From the NCBI RefSeq assembly GCF_009914755.1, contig NC_060940.1: a stretch of 64,000 nucleotides of DNA; one strand, given 5' to 3'. Shown here in pieces: positions 42,852-58,650 of the stretch. This DNA is from the human T2T-CHM13v2.0 reference genome, Homo sapiens. The position numbers and the translations under genes are program-made. A model generated the notes under the pieces. It was not told the origin of the DNA, did not search any database, and saw only the letters and a program-made list of their open reading frames with translations. Within the stretch, counting starts at the first letter, position 1. Each line of letters opens with the position of its first letter.

Positions 42852-43672
42852 TGCTACACCAAGACACTGCTTAAAATTAGTAACAAAGAGAAACATGTTA
42901 AAAGAAGCCAGTCAAAAAAATACCGTAATATACACAGAAACAAAAATAAGGATGAAAATAGATTTCTCACTGGGAACAAGGCAAACTATAAGACAAAAAA
43001 TGCAGTGTCTTTAAAGTACTGATGGAAAAATAAACATAAAAGGCCTTGCCAACCTAGCATTCTTACCTAGCCAAAACATCTTTCAGAAACAAAGGTGAAA
43101 TAAAGTCTTTTGAACATGAGAAAGCTGGAAGATTTTGCCACCAGTGTACCTGCTTTATAAGAAATATTACAGAAAGTCTTTCAAGTAAAAATGGTAACTA
43201 AGTGGGTAAATATAAAAAGAATTATTATTATCACCTAAAATGACTTGGAAGATAATTCAATCAGCTTGTCTTTAAAGCAATATGGTAATGTATTATTAGG
43301 TTTATGACATACATAGATGTATGACAATAAAAACACAAAAGCCTGGAGGGGATAAATGAAAGGATGTTGTCAGGTTTTTATGTTATTCATGAAGTGGTAT
43401 AAAATCAATTGAATGTAGGCTGTGATAAGTTAAAGATATTATAAACACTAAAGTAACCACTAAAATACACAGAAAAAAGTTATATCTAGCAAATCAACAA
43501 AGGAGGTAAAAGAAAATCATAAGGAAAACTTGATACAAAATAAGGCAGAAAAAGAGAAAAAGGGAACAAAAAGCAAATGAGAAAAATAGAAAACAAAAGG
43601 CAAGAGGGTAGATGTAATGCAGATCATGCTAATAATCACAGTAAACGTAAATGATATGAACAGTATCCCCTC

Positions 43673-43880
43673 TAGCAGCCTGGGCAACATACTGAGACCT
43701 TGCCTCTACAAAAAAAAAAAAAAAAAAAAAAAAATGAGCCAGGTGTGGTGATGCGTGCCTGTAGTCTCAACTACTTGGGAGTCTGAGGTGGGAGGATAGC
43801 TTGAACCCAGAAGTTTGAGGCTGCCGTGAGCTATGATTGCACTGCTGCATTCCAGTCTGGGTGACAGAGTAAGACCCTCT
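43673..43880 (+). mobile_element. 5'-truncated AluJ
   Basis: TSD gaacagt(a/g)tcccctc (43658-43672, 43954-43968); the tail region contains L1M-derived sequence. Confidence 0.88.
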
Positions 43881-44822
43881 TTAAAATCAACAGAAATTTA
43901 GAAGCATTAAACAATACTATCTACCATTTTTTTTTAAAAGAACAATTAAAAAAGAACAGTGTCCCCTCCCAATAAAATGAAGTGATTATCAGATTGGTTA
44001 AAAAAAGACTATATAGTAACTACTATATGTTGCCTGGAAGAAACCCACATTACATATAAAAACACAAACAGGTTTAAAGTAAAAGTATAGAAAGACATAA
44101 CATGTTAACACTAAGCAAAAAAAAAACTGGAATGGCTTTATTAATATTAAAGAAGTATGTTTCAGAACAAAAAGAATTATCAAGAATAAAGAGGATCATT
44201 TCATAATGATAATAACATCAGCTTATCAAGAAGAAACACCATATTTATGCACCTAATAAGAGAGCTTCAAAATACACAAAGCAAATCTAATAGAACTGCA
44301 AGGAGAAATAAGCATGCTCACAATTGTGGTTGGAGATTTTAATATGCTTGTTTCGAAAATTGATTAAGTAGACAGAAAATCAGTAAACATTCAGAAGCAT
44401 TAAACAACACTATCTACCAATTTAACCTAATTAACAATTATAAACCACTCTTCCCAACAATATCAGAATATGCATTCCTTTTTAAGTGTACATGGAACAT
44501 TGACCAAGATTGATTGTATTTTAGTCCACTGAAAAAATTCAAAAAGATTAGATACATTAAGTCATAGAAAGTATGGTCTTTGATTGCAGTGAAAATAATT
44601 TGAAATCAATAACAGAATGTTATCTACACATTGGTATAGTATAGGAAGTTAAGAAAAAATAAATTTAAAATGTTATAAAAATCTTCCAATATCTGGAAAC
44701 TAAAAAACAGCCTTCTAAAATAGGCCAAAGAAGAATAAAAGACAAAAATAAAAAGTAGTTTGAACAGAAGGAATATGAAAATATAACATCAATATTTGTA
44801 AGAAGAAGCTAAAGTATGTTGA

Positions 44823-45124
<302 letters not shown>

Positions 45125-45232
45125 GTTGAGAGAGTTTTTATAGGACTAAATGCCTACAAAGGAAAATGAAAACAAGGACTGACCAAGTCACTTTAAGGAG
45201 CTAGAAAAAGAAGAGCAAATAAAATCCAAGGT

Positions 45233-45586
<354 letters not shown>

Positions 45587-45749
45587 TTACACTAGACATC
45601 AATAAAGTAAGAAAGTAGAAGAAACAATAATGGAAATCAAGAATACTATAAGCTGGTATTTTAAGAAGATTAATGAAATAAATAAACTTCTAGCCAGACT
45701 GATCAGGAAAAAAAGAGAGAACACTCAAAATTAGCAATGTCGATTATCT

Positions 45750-46752
45750 GCAAGATGGCTGAATAGGAAAAGCTCCAGTCTACAGCTCCCAGCATGAGTG
45801 GTACAGAAGACAGGTGATTTCTGCATTTCCAACTGAGGTACTGGGTTCATCTCACTGGGGCCTGTCGGACAGTGGGTGCAGCCCATGGAGTGTGAGCCGA
45901 AGCAAGGCGGGGCATCGCCTCACCAAGGAAGCACAAGGGGTCGGGGAATTCCCTTTCCTAGCCAAGGGAAGCCATGAGAGATGGTACCTGGAAAATTGGG
46001 ACACTCCCACCCTAATACTGCACTTTTCCAATGGTCTTAGAAAACGGCACACCAGGATATTATATCCTGCTCATGGCTTGGAGGGTCCCACGACCATGGA
46101 ACCTTGCTCACTGACAGCACAGCAGTCTGAGATCAAACTGCAAGGTGGCAGCAAGGCTGGGGGAGGGGCGCCTGCCATTGCTGAGGCTTGAGTAGGTAAC
46201 AAAGCAACCAGGAAGCTTGAACTGGGTGGAGCTCAATGCAGCTCAAGAAGGCCAGCCTGCCTCTGTAGATGCCACCTCTGGGGGCAGGGCATAGCTGAAC
46301 AAAAGGCATCAGAAACTTCTGCAGACTTAAAAGTCCCTGTCTGACAGCTTTGAAGAGAGTAGTGGTTCTCCCAGCACGGAGTTTGAGATCTGAGAACGGA
46401 CAGACTGCCTCCTCAAGTGGGTCCCTGACCCCCGAGTAGCCTAACTGGGAGACACCTCCCAGTAGGGGCCAACTGACACCTCATATGGCCGGGTTCCCCT
46501 CTTAGATGAAGCTTCCAGAGGAAGGATCAGGCAGCAACATTTGCCATTCTGCAATATTTGCTGTTCTGCAGCCTCCGCTGGTGATACCCAGGCAAACAGG
46601 GTCTGGAGTGGACCTCCAGCAAACTCCAACAGACCTGCAGCTGAGGGTCCTGACTGTTAGAAGGAAAACTAACAAACAGAAAGGACATCCACACAAAAAC
46701 CCCATGTGTACATAACCATCATCAAAGACCAAAGGTAGATAACACCACAAAG
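45750..46752 (+). promoter_or_regulatory. L1 5'UTR (internal sense and antisense promoters), including the ~129-bp segment that younger L1PA elements lost
   Basis: YY1-type caagatggc at the start; cttccagaggaaggatcaggcagc...gacctccagcaaactcc at about 46496-46626. CpG-decayed, so activity is unknown. Confidence 0.7.
45852..46178 (-). pseudogene. L1 ORF0 homologue with premature stop
   Basis: ATG at 46178 reads MAGAPPPALLPPCSLISDCC...; TGA at 46071-46073; the same frame continues as ..CRFLRPLEKCSIRVGVSQFSR. Confidence 0.75.
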
Positions 46753-47778
46753 ATGGGGAGAAACCAGAGCAAAAAAGCTGAAAATTCTAAAAATCAGAGC
46801 ACCTCTTCTCCTCCAAAGGAATGCAGCTCCTCACCAGCAATGGAACAAAGCTGAACGCAGAATGACTTTGACGAGTTGAGAGAAGAAGGCTTCAGACAGT
46901 CGGTAATAACAAACTTCTCGGAGCTAAAGGAGGATGTTCCAACCCATTGCAAAGAAGCTAAAAACCTTGAAAAAAGATTAGATGAATGGCTAACTAGAAT
47001 AAACAGCATAGAGAAGACCTTAAATGACCTGATGGAGCTGAAAACATTGGCACGAGAACTATGTGATGCATGCACAAGCTTCAGTAGCTGATTTGATCAA
47101 CTTGAAGAAAGGGTATCAGTGATTGAAGATCAAATGAATGAAATGAAGTGAGAAGAGAAGTTTAGAGAAAAAAGAGTTAAAAGAAACTCACAAAGCCTCC
47201 AAGAAATATGGGACTATGTGAAAAGACCAAATCTACGTCTGATTGGTGTACCTGAAAGTGATGGGGAGAATGGAACCAAGTTGGAAAACACTCTGCAGGA
47301 TATTATCCAGGAGAACTTCCCCAACCTAGCAAGGCAGGCCAACATTCAAATTCAGGAAATACAGAGAATGCCACAAAGATACTCCTTGAGAAGAGCAACT
47401 CCAAGACACATAATTGTCAGATTCACCAAAGTTGAAATGAAGGAAAAAATGCTAAGGGCAGCCAGAGAGAAAGGTCGGCTTACCCACAAAGGGAAGCCCA
47501 TCAGACTAACAGCAGATCTCTCAGCACAAACTCTACAAGCCAGAAGAGAGTGGGGGCCAATAATCAACATTCTTAAAGAAAAGAATTTTCAACCCAGAAT
47601 TTCATATCCAGCCACATTAAGCTTCATAAGTGAAGGAGAAATAAAATACTTTACAGACAAGCAAATGCTGAGAGATTTTGTCACCACCAAGCCTGCCTTA
47701 CGGGAGCTCCTGAAGGAAGCACTAAACATGGAAAGGAACAACTGGTACCAGCCACTACAAAAACATGCCAAATTGTAA
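46753..47778 (+). pseudogene. L1 ORF1p (RNA-binding chaperone), nonsense-disrupted
   Basis: ORF1 peptides KRPNLRLIGVPESDGENG...YQPLQKHAKL; in-frame TGA stops, e.g. 46852-46854 and 47089-47091. Confidence 0.93.
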
Positions 47779-47839
47779 AGACCATCGATGTTAAAGAAAC
47801 TGCATCAACTAATGAGCAAAATAAACAGCTAACGTCACA

Positions 47840-50087
<2,248 letters not shown>

Positions 50088-51356
50088 ACAACAAGAACAC
50101 TTGGACACAGGGTGGGGAACATCACACACTGGGGCCTGTCATGGGGTAGGGGAGGGGGCAGAGATAGCATTAGGAGATATACCTAATGTCAATGACGAGT
50201 TAATGGGTGCAGTACACCAACATGGCACATGTATACATATGTAACAAACCTGCATGTTGTGCACATGTACCCTAGAACTTAATGTATTAAAAAAAAAAAG
50301 AACAACTATATGTTGGGCATAAGACAATGCCCTATCATCAGAAACTTATAATTAAGTTAAATAAAACTTAATTATGACAAAAAAATTAAAATAATCTTAG
50401 CTAATTTGTCCTAGCTTATATTTCACGTGCCGTATTGGAACGTAAGATACACAACTAATGGGTTCTTGTATTTTGAGAAAAAATAATTTTTAGAGTTTCT
50501 TATAACTCCTGAACCAGCCACAAGTGCCCTTATTTGGATTTCATTAAGACAAAGGCCTACTTGGGCTACTTTTAATTTGCTTCTATTCTGTAATATGATA
50601 CTAAATGCAGATGTCTTTCCAGCATTAATTTCTATCTACATGGCAGAATTTCATTAAGTTCGGCCAGCCCCATTTTAATTAAGCATCCTTACATTGGTTG
50701 TGCACTGTCTGTGCTTTTGACCCACCAGAACAAGCACTTAGTCAATTAACTCTTTTATTAACCAATTGATTTTTGCTGTAGGTCCCTACCTTCTGTTACC
50801 AGTTAGAAATGAACATGAAAGGCAAAGAAATTGGTTCCTTTCATCTCTAAAAGGCAACAATAAATAATAAAACATTTCAAAAATTTCAGTGGGGAACCTA
50901 AACACAAATAAAAAATACCTGCCATTTATTCTGGGATGTAAAAATGGACTGTTTGCGGTAGCATTGTATTTGAATAAATCATATTGTCACACTGACCTTT
51001 ATTGATGTACTGTTTCCCAACTTAAAGCATCAATCCTGCTGCTTAAAAGATCTTTTGTTGTACAAGACCTGCAGATCCATCAGGTAACGAAATAATGATT
51101 TGCCAACTGTGGACTACCTAAATCAATAATTTAACAAGATCCTCAGTAGCTTCCTCCCAGCCGCTCACCCCACTCTATTGCCTATGTTTGCAATTTCAGT
51201 TATGCAATTTAATGCTGTCATTAGGGACAAAAAAATTCTATATAACTGAAGGAAAATACAGTGCATAGCATTTGGCGTCTCCAGGTTTTGTGTATTTCTA
51301 GAACATACTGTATGGCTTAATTTGAGTGAAACGACCAGGGCTAGTAAAGAATCTAA

Positions 51357-51612
51357 TTTTTGTTTGTTTGTTTGTTTGAGACAGGGTCTCATTCTATCGC
51401 CCAGGCTCACTGCAACCTCCATCTCCTGGGCTCAAGGGATCCTCCTACCTCAACCTCCCAAGTAGCTGGGACTACAGGTGCCCGTCACCTCACCCAGCTA
51501 ATTTTTTTTGCATTTTTTGTAGAGATGGGGTTTTGCCATGTTGCCCAGGCTGGTCTCAAACTCTTGGGCTCAAGTGATCCACCCGCCTTGGCCTCCCACA
51601 GTGCTGGCATAT
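51357..51612 (-). mobile_element. AluJ, deleted and truncated
   Basis: cccaggct|cactgcaacc microhomology deletion; (TTTG)n tail. Confidence 0.88.
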
Positions 51613-52142
51613 AAATCTATTTTAATATAATTATTTTAGGCAAATAAAATTGTTCCCAGAGGAATCAAAGGGCTTAAACTCAATATACCCTTCCCCCAAT
51701 TTTGTTTTGGGTCAGAATGATTTATGCAAATATAAAAAATGTATTCTTCTAAAGCCATCATTGGGATAGATATGTGTGTATGCTAATTCATGAAAGTTGG
51801 ACCTAATTTGGAATATGTAGTATGCTTGTTTACCCTAATTACTTACAAAATACATATTTAAAAAAGTAAAAGATGGATGAAAGGCTTTCTACGTCCTCAT
51901 TCTCTTATAACAACTATTCTTATTGTCAGTATTCTCCCAGTGGAAAAGGGTATTTAACATACTGGTTTTCTAAGAACTCAAGAGAAGGACGTGGAAATCT
52001 GATACTTTTACTAGCTGGCTGTGTTATCTTAAGCAAGTACTATTAACTGATTGAGTCCAGTTTCCTCATATTTCTTCCTGAGTGTTTTATATATGCCCTG
52101 TTTAACTTTAGAGTTAGCTTTGAGGTTCTGATGATACTAGTG

Positions 52143-52734
52143 TGTTGGGGCTCAGAAACTGACACTCCAAAATACGACATTGTGACATGTTGAGCTGAAG
52201 AAACCTCAAGATCTCTCTAATCTTCCCCCTGCTACCCACCATCTCTTCCAAAGAGACTGAAGTTCCTTCATCTGCCTAATATCCAGCCTCACCAAGGAGA
52301 ATAATTGTTTTTTCTTCCTCTCCCTGTTATTTCCTTATTTATTGTGGAAAAGAAGACCAAAATGTGACCACACCTGAACAGATTTTTTTTATGAGTATAA
52401 TGACAGTCTTCAAAGATCATTTAAATTCCAAAGAGAGCTGTTTCCAAGTTTCCTGCTCCAATCATTCTCCCCAGTAATTATTTATTACCCATCAATAGAA
52501 TTTTTTTCTCCTACTCTCATAACCTGTTTTACCAGGATCCAAGCTCCCCTTCTTTCTATAGCCTCAAGACAATATGTAAGTTTCTGTAACTCATTGGGAA
52601 GTTGAGTCTTCATACTGAAGGCTCTGGGGTATACATGCTAAATAAATTCATATGTCTTCTCCTATTAATCAATCTGCCTCATGTCAGTGATTTCTTAGAG
52701 AACCTTTAGAGGGCCAAGTGTCTAAGGCCCCACA
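52143..52734 (+). mobile_element. MER39/MER39B-like (ERV1) solo LTR
   Basis: tgttggggctcagaaac...ccaaaata...aataaattcatatg...ggccccaca. Confidence 0.78.
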
Positions 52735-52739
52735 ATAGT

Positions 52740-52980
52740 AATACCAATGGTCATTCGTCACTGAGCATCTACTGTGTTACAGGTACCTTATAAACATTAC
52801 CTATAACCTTCACTATAGCCCATTAAGATCAATATTATTATCCTCATTTTCCAGCCAAGGAGCCAGAGGTGTTAAGCAATCTGTTTAGGGTTGGCTGGAC
52901 TTACCTGGCAGAAGTGAAATTAAAATCAAGGCCTGCCACACACTGTCTTATGCTTCTCCTGCTCTGCCATACTGCCTCTC
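52740..52980 (-). mobile_element. MIR
   Basis: ctgagcatctactgtg...tattattatcctcattttccag. Confidence 0.72.
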
Positions 52981-54159
52981 CATGATATAATGTCTATGAA
53001 GGTGCCATGGAAAAGCTAAAGGATTAGATTAGACAGATGCACAGTGGTATTCTATCCATTATAGTGATTAATAGGCTTCATGAAACGTAGGACCTGACAC
53101 TCAGAGGTGATGTTGCCTTTTCCTTGAATGGGAGTTGCACTATGCTGTTAGACATATAATTATAGTGCAGTTTTTCAAAGGCAAATTTTTGTCACCATCT
53201 TTCTGCATGGCCTTGCTAGCTCTCCAGGAGAAGCAAAAAATAACAACGCTGATTGATTTCCCTTTGCCACTTGCTTCAAGTGGTTTCCATTTTAATGCCC
53301 GTCCCAATTGGGCTTTCATTGTCATTCGGAGCTGCTGGTATTTCAGCCTCCACATAGGCTAAACAGTTGGGCTCCTCAGCAAGTTCAAAATGTCTGCACA
53401 GCAGGGAAAAAAAACATGCTATCTTTTCTAAAAGCTGTTTTGGTGGTTCTATTAGAAGGCATAACTCTTTCTCTTTTATATAGTAGTAGGGAACAGTCTT
53501 GTCATTCCCTTCACCCCTGACCACCCCTCCAAAAAAGAAAAGCTTTTAATTGATGAAATTTTCAGAGATTTCTGTGACCAAACTCAAATGTCACAATAAT
53601 ACAAGGTCAACTGATTTGAATTGTTATGTTCTTTATTAAATAGCATATCTGTGGATTCCAAAACCTAGATGAGAAAAAAAGATCCATTTTATAAAGTGCA
53701 CTCATGCTATTTCATGACAAAGTAGAAAGGTTACACAGAAGTTTTACAAAATGGCTTATATAGTGCAATGTTATTACCTAAGGCTGGGAAATTATACAAT
53801 CCTGGTTTGCATCCCAACTCTGGACACAATTTCCTGTGTCCTTGACTGAGTGCAGCCTTGGATCCTAAGGATGGTGGGAATATTTGTTTCTTTAACAAGT
53901 AGGTTGCCTCTTTTGAATATCTTTCAGTTGACTCTGGGTACTTTAGACATTTTCTGTTTTTTATCTTACTTCTTCCTCTAGTGATGTCAATCAGGCACAC
54001 AAACTTTATCGAGTATATACTATGATGTAGGCATTAGACATCAAAAGAAAATGACTAGGCAGCATGTAGACGTGGGCAGCTCTCTCTGTATCTGCATTAC
54101 TTACTGTGTCATGTACTGGATTAATATATGTTAGACTGAGTTGGTAGGTTACATCTCAC

Positions 54160-54900
54160 TGAAACCTCCTTTGCAAAATTATGACAGTAAGAGAAATATG
54201 ACATAACTGACTCCATCTCGTTTCTGACCTCCAAGCTGCCCTTGGTCATTCCTGGGCATAAGCCAAGTAACTTTAGGTAGAATTTAGTTTATAATTTTAC
54301 TTAAAAGCAAGGACAATAATAGTCCCTCCCTAAAACTAACCCCGCTCCTTGCTCAGGGACCAAAAACTGCCTTTATAGGACTAATGAAAGGCCACAAGAA
54401 TAAGATTATGTGAGAGGCCTGAATTCTGCTAAGTATGAAGGCATAGTTTCTATAACCCATTACTGCTCAGGAGTCATGTGGCCAGAGGTCACAAGATTTG
54501 AGACTTCCCTAATTTCTCCTATAGATAACATCACAATTGTGGAAGCTAAGATTGCTTTTTTTGAGATATTTTTTAGACTGACCCCATCCAGACTTGTGAC
54601 TCAATTGCCCCTATAGCCCCACCCAGAGACCGACTCAGTGCACGAGGAAGGTTTCCCACACCCCTGTGATTTCATCTCCACCCAATCAGCAGTACCCATT
54701 ACCTAGCTCCTTGCCCATCAAATTGTCCATAAAAAGCCTAACTTTTAAGCCCCTAGGGAGACTGATTTGAGTAATAACTCCAGTTCTCCTGCATGGGCCA
54801 GTCTTGTGTCAATTAAACTCTTTCTGTACTGCAACGCTGAGATCTCAGTGAATTGATTTTGTTTGTGCAACAGGCAGGAAGAATCCATTGGATGGTTACA
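54160..54900 (+). mobile_element. LTR8-family (ERV1) solo LTR
   Basis: tgaaacctcctttgcaaaattatgac...ccaatcagc...cataaaaa...attaaa...gttaca; same family as 17417-18146. Confidence 0.88.
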
Positions 54901-55973
54901 CTACCTGGGACAAAAGAGGAACCATGCACTAGACAAAGCTACATTTAGGTTAAAAAAAGAAACCTGACTATTTGAGGGGTGGACGGGAGGCTTGTCTGCT
55001 TCCCATTTGTCCTCCCCTAACAGGTAAAACTACTGGCAGTCTAATTTATAAATTGTAAACGAATTGGGTTCTTAAAGCTGTCTTTGTAATAGGAAGAACA
55101 AAGAATTTATGCTTTATTAACTACCAGCAAATAAAGCAAAAAGGCAAAAAAAAAAAAGTCCAAGTTGAGAAGGAGGAGAAAAAGTATGTGTTCTATTTTT
55201 TTCTACATCAAATCCAGGCAATATTTTGTAACAGAAGTTTAATTAGCTATCAGATTTCTCTGAGTTCAGTCCCCTTGCTCAATTTCTTGTGATCCTCTAT
55301 TCCAGTGCTTAGAAATACAGGTTCATTATTAACTGTTGGATCATCACTAAAACACCCTACTGTGCTCTACCTAAACTTCAAAGTGCTTAATGGCACCAAA
55401 TAATTATTTCCTAATTCCAATCAAATTTATTATTCTATCACTATCAGTTAATATTTAACAGATAGATTTTTATTAAGTTAATTTATACCAATATATAAAT
55501 GATTAATATCCCTTTAATGTTCCTGTGATAGTTTCTGTTTTGAAGATGAATGCCTGTTATCACAGAGGGTATCCTAGAGATATGCAATTAATGAAGTCTG
55601 AGACAAAACTGCAGAAAGTATTATATAAAGGGAATTTTATCAAAACATTTTTTAGTAACTCATTTATTTATTTAACTGCAACTTTCTATGTATGAGACTG
55701 TGTTGGAAACAATATACAAGACAAATTTCGCCTATTTGTAACTTCAATTTAAAGAATTTCTCCTTCCAATAGAGGAAATAGATCATTAAAATAGTGATAA
55801 GTGCAATTGTAAAGATATAAGAAGTCATTTGGCACATATTTCAAACGTTTTTCCTTCCAGATAATCTTTTCTGGATTTTCAGGTTCAGGTGAGTCTCAAA
55901 GGATGAATATGAGCCAGCCATAGAAAGAAAAATGGGAATAAGGAAGTGGGAAACATGTTTTGGTCAAAGGCAT

Positions 55974-56407
55974 TGTACAGGTCAGAGTCTCAGCAGGTAG
56001 CACACACCATAGGGATGATCAAGGAGACTTTAACAGAGAGACCACTTATGAACCTACATGCAGGGTCAAGAGAAATCAGCAAGGGAAAAGCTAGGAGCTG
56101 TAACCACCCTTAGGCTTGAAGGGGCAAGAGGACGGAACAATTACCTACACTGAGCAAGACCTGTAGCCGTGGCCCTGAAGCAGAAATATGCCCTTCATCA
56201 GAGAAACAATAGCCGTTGCCAAATCATGGCCTGGTAGGAAAGAAGCCAGGGAACAAATATCCTGACTTATCCTTCTTCTAGCCCTCTGATATTCTAGAGT
56301 TTCCTATAAGCCGAAGCAACACAAAGCCAAAGGGTGTGAGAATCGTGTTCTTCTGAAGCTAGAGAAAGAAGAAGAGTGAAACTGGAGGGAAAAAATTAGG
56401 ACAACCT
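55974..56407 (-). mobile_element. LTR33-like (ERVL) LTR
   Basis: ggagctgtaaccacccttaggcttgaaggggcaagagg resembles reverse-complemented LTR33. Confidence 0.65.
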
Positions 56408-56774
<367 letters not shown>

Positions 56775-56999
56775 TTAGTAAATCAAAATCATTATGAATT
56801 TTCTCTTGCTGGAGCATAAGTTCTGAAGAGGAAAGTGGCAAGAATAAAAACAAGTGTGATCCTATGCCTTACATGCCTGGAAACTTTCCATAGTTTTTCA
56901 TCACCATTTGAATAAAGCTTGTAACATGTCATAAAAACCCATCAGGTTCTAGCCTGCTCTGTGAAGCTCCAGACTTACAGGTGATTCTAGAAGCCCTGA

Positions 57000-57830
57000 T
57001 GAGGGGGAAGTGGAGCTGGCCTGGAGGTGAACACAACAATTTGTGATCTAGGAGAAAAATGATGACTACTTGAACTAAGGCAATTGAACTAATGGAAATT
57101 AAGATGGTAAGGAAGATCAAGCTTTGAGAATGTGTTGAAAATAAAATCATTAAGACTTAGTGGTTGAAGTGTAGGAAATTATAGCCAGGTGGCAACGGGG
57201 ACTATCAGATTTCTGGTTGTTCACCAGAGGGATGGAACTGCCAAAAATCAAATGAAAACATAATTAAAAAGTTCGAATGTTCCTTTGCACATATACAGCA
57301 AATAACTGATGCTCAAGTATAGTATGATGTGTTCAGTAGAGATTTGGGTTGGGATATAGATTTCAGAGGACTCGCCATAGGAAATGTGCAACATGCATAT
57401 TCCTAGAACTGCCAATAACTTGGAGATGGTGTAGTAGAAGACCATATGGCAAACAGAAAGGAAAAATAGTCTCCTAGTATAAGAAGAATGAGGAGAGGGA
57501 GTGGTTAAAAACTCTGTTGGACATATCAGTTAGAAAGCCATTGGTGACTTTTGGAAAATGCGGCTTTACTGGAATGGTCAAATACATGATCATGGAAGTT
57601 TGAGGAGTAAAAGAGAGGTTCAGACATGGAGGCAATGGGTACAGACAATTCCTCTGAGAGGGGAGATACAATATGGGTGATTAAGGAAGACTCAGAGTCA
57701 AGGAAGAGGATTGATAGATGAGCAAGGGAGACCTGCTTAATTGTTGCTGAGAAAAAACAACAGTGGAAGAAGATTTGAAGATACAGGGTACAGAATGTAT
57801 AATAGATGAAGAGCTGAATTAAGAGTTGAC
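57000..57830 (-). mobile_element. L2 fragment
   Basis: gccattggtgacttttgg, gactatcagatttctgg and related L2 motifs. Confidence 0.65.
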
Positions 57831-58429
57831 TCGACAAAGTTTGGGTATTTAAAATTTCAATGGATATTGATATTTCCACATTAGGTATATGAAATGTTTT
57901 TAAATTGATTTTTGGGACTGCAATACAGTTACAACTGAATGATAAAATTGTTCCCATAGTCTGTCTATATAAGTAGAAATCCAAAACCATTGTCAGAAGC
58001 AATTAGAACATATTTATAGAACAAGTAATTTATTATTGTATTAAATTATAATAATATAATAAGTAATAATTTATCATTATTATTGCTAGTAAGCAGCCAG
58101 AGGATGGAAATGACTTGCCAGAAATTGTAAATGCCAAGTAGGGTCTAGAACTGAGCATCACCACTTCTGATTGTGCTCATAATTCCCACTCATTCTTAAC
58201 CTTTATTTTAAAATCAACTTAGGTTTTACTGGTTAAATCACTTCTCTTTCTCTCTTTGTCTCTTTCTCTCTGTGTATTGGTGTGTGTTCTTTACTTTTCT
58301 TATATATAGACTTTTACTTATTTTACTTTTCACAAGTTTGCTCATTAAAAATATGAAGCCATTCTACTCCATCCTACCCTGGCCACTAAATTAATGAACA
58401 ACATTAAAATGCATATTATTAAAATCAAG

Positions 58430-58650
58430 TAGTGGCTAAGAGTGTGGGTTCTGAACTTATGCTACATGGGTTCAAATCCTATCTCAGCCACTTAATGGCT
58501 ATTTAACGTTAGACAGTACTTAACTGCTGTATGTCTCAGTTTCACCATCTGCATATTAAATCAACATATTAAATCATAGCCATGGGAGGATGAAAGAGCA
58601 AATGCATGTAATTAACACAAAACAATGCCTGACTTTAAAAAAATAAACTG
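58430..58650 (+). mobile_element. MIR
   Basis: gggttcaaatcctatctcagccactta...gtctcagtttcaccatctg. Confidence 0.8.

Noticed and set aside
57526-58002. 158-aa minus-strand ORF
   Set aside because: Non-ATG start, largely overlaps a degraded L2, and its composition reflects pyrimidine-rich sequence.
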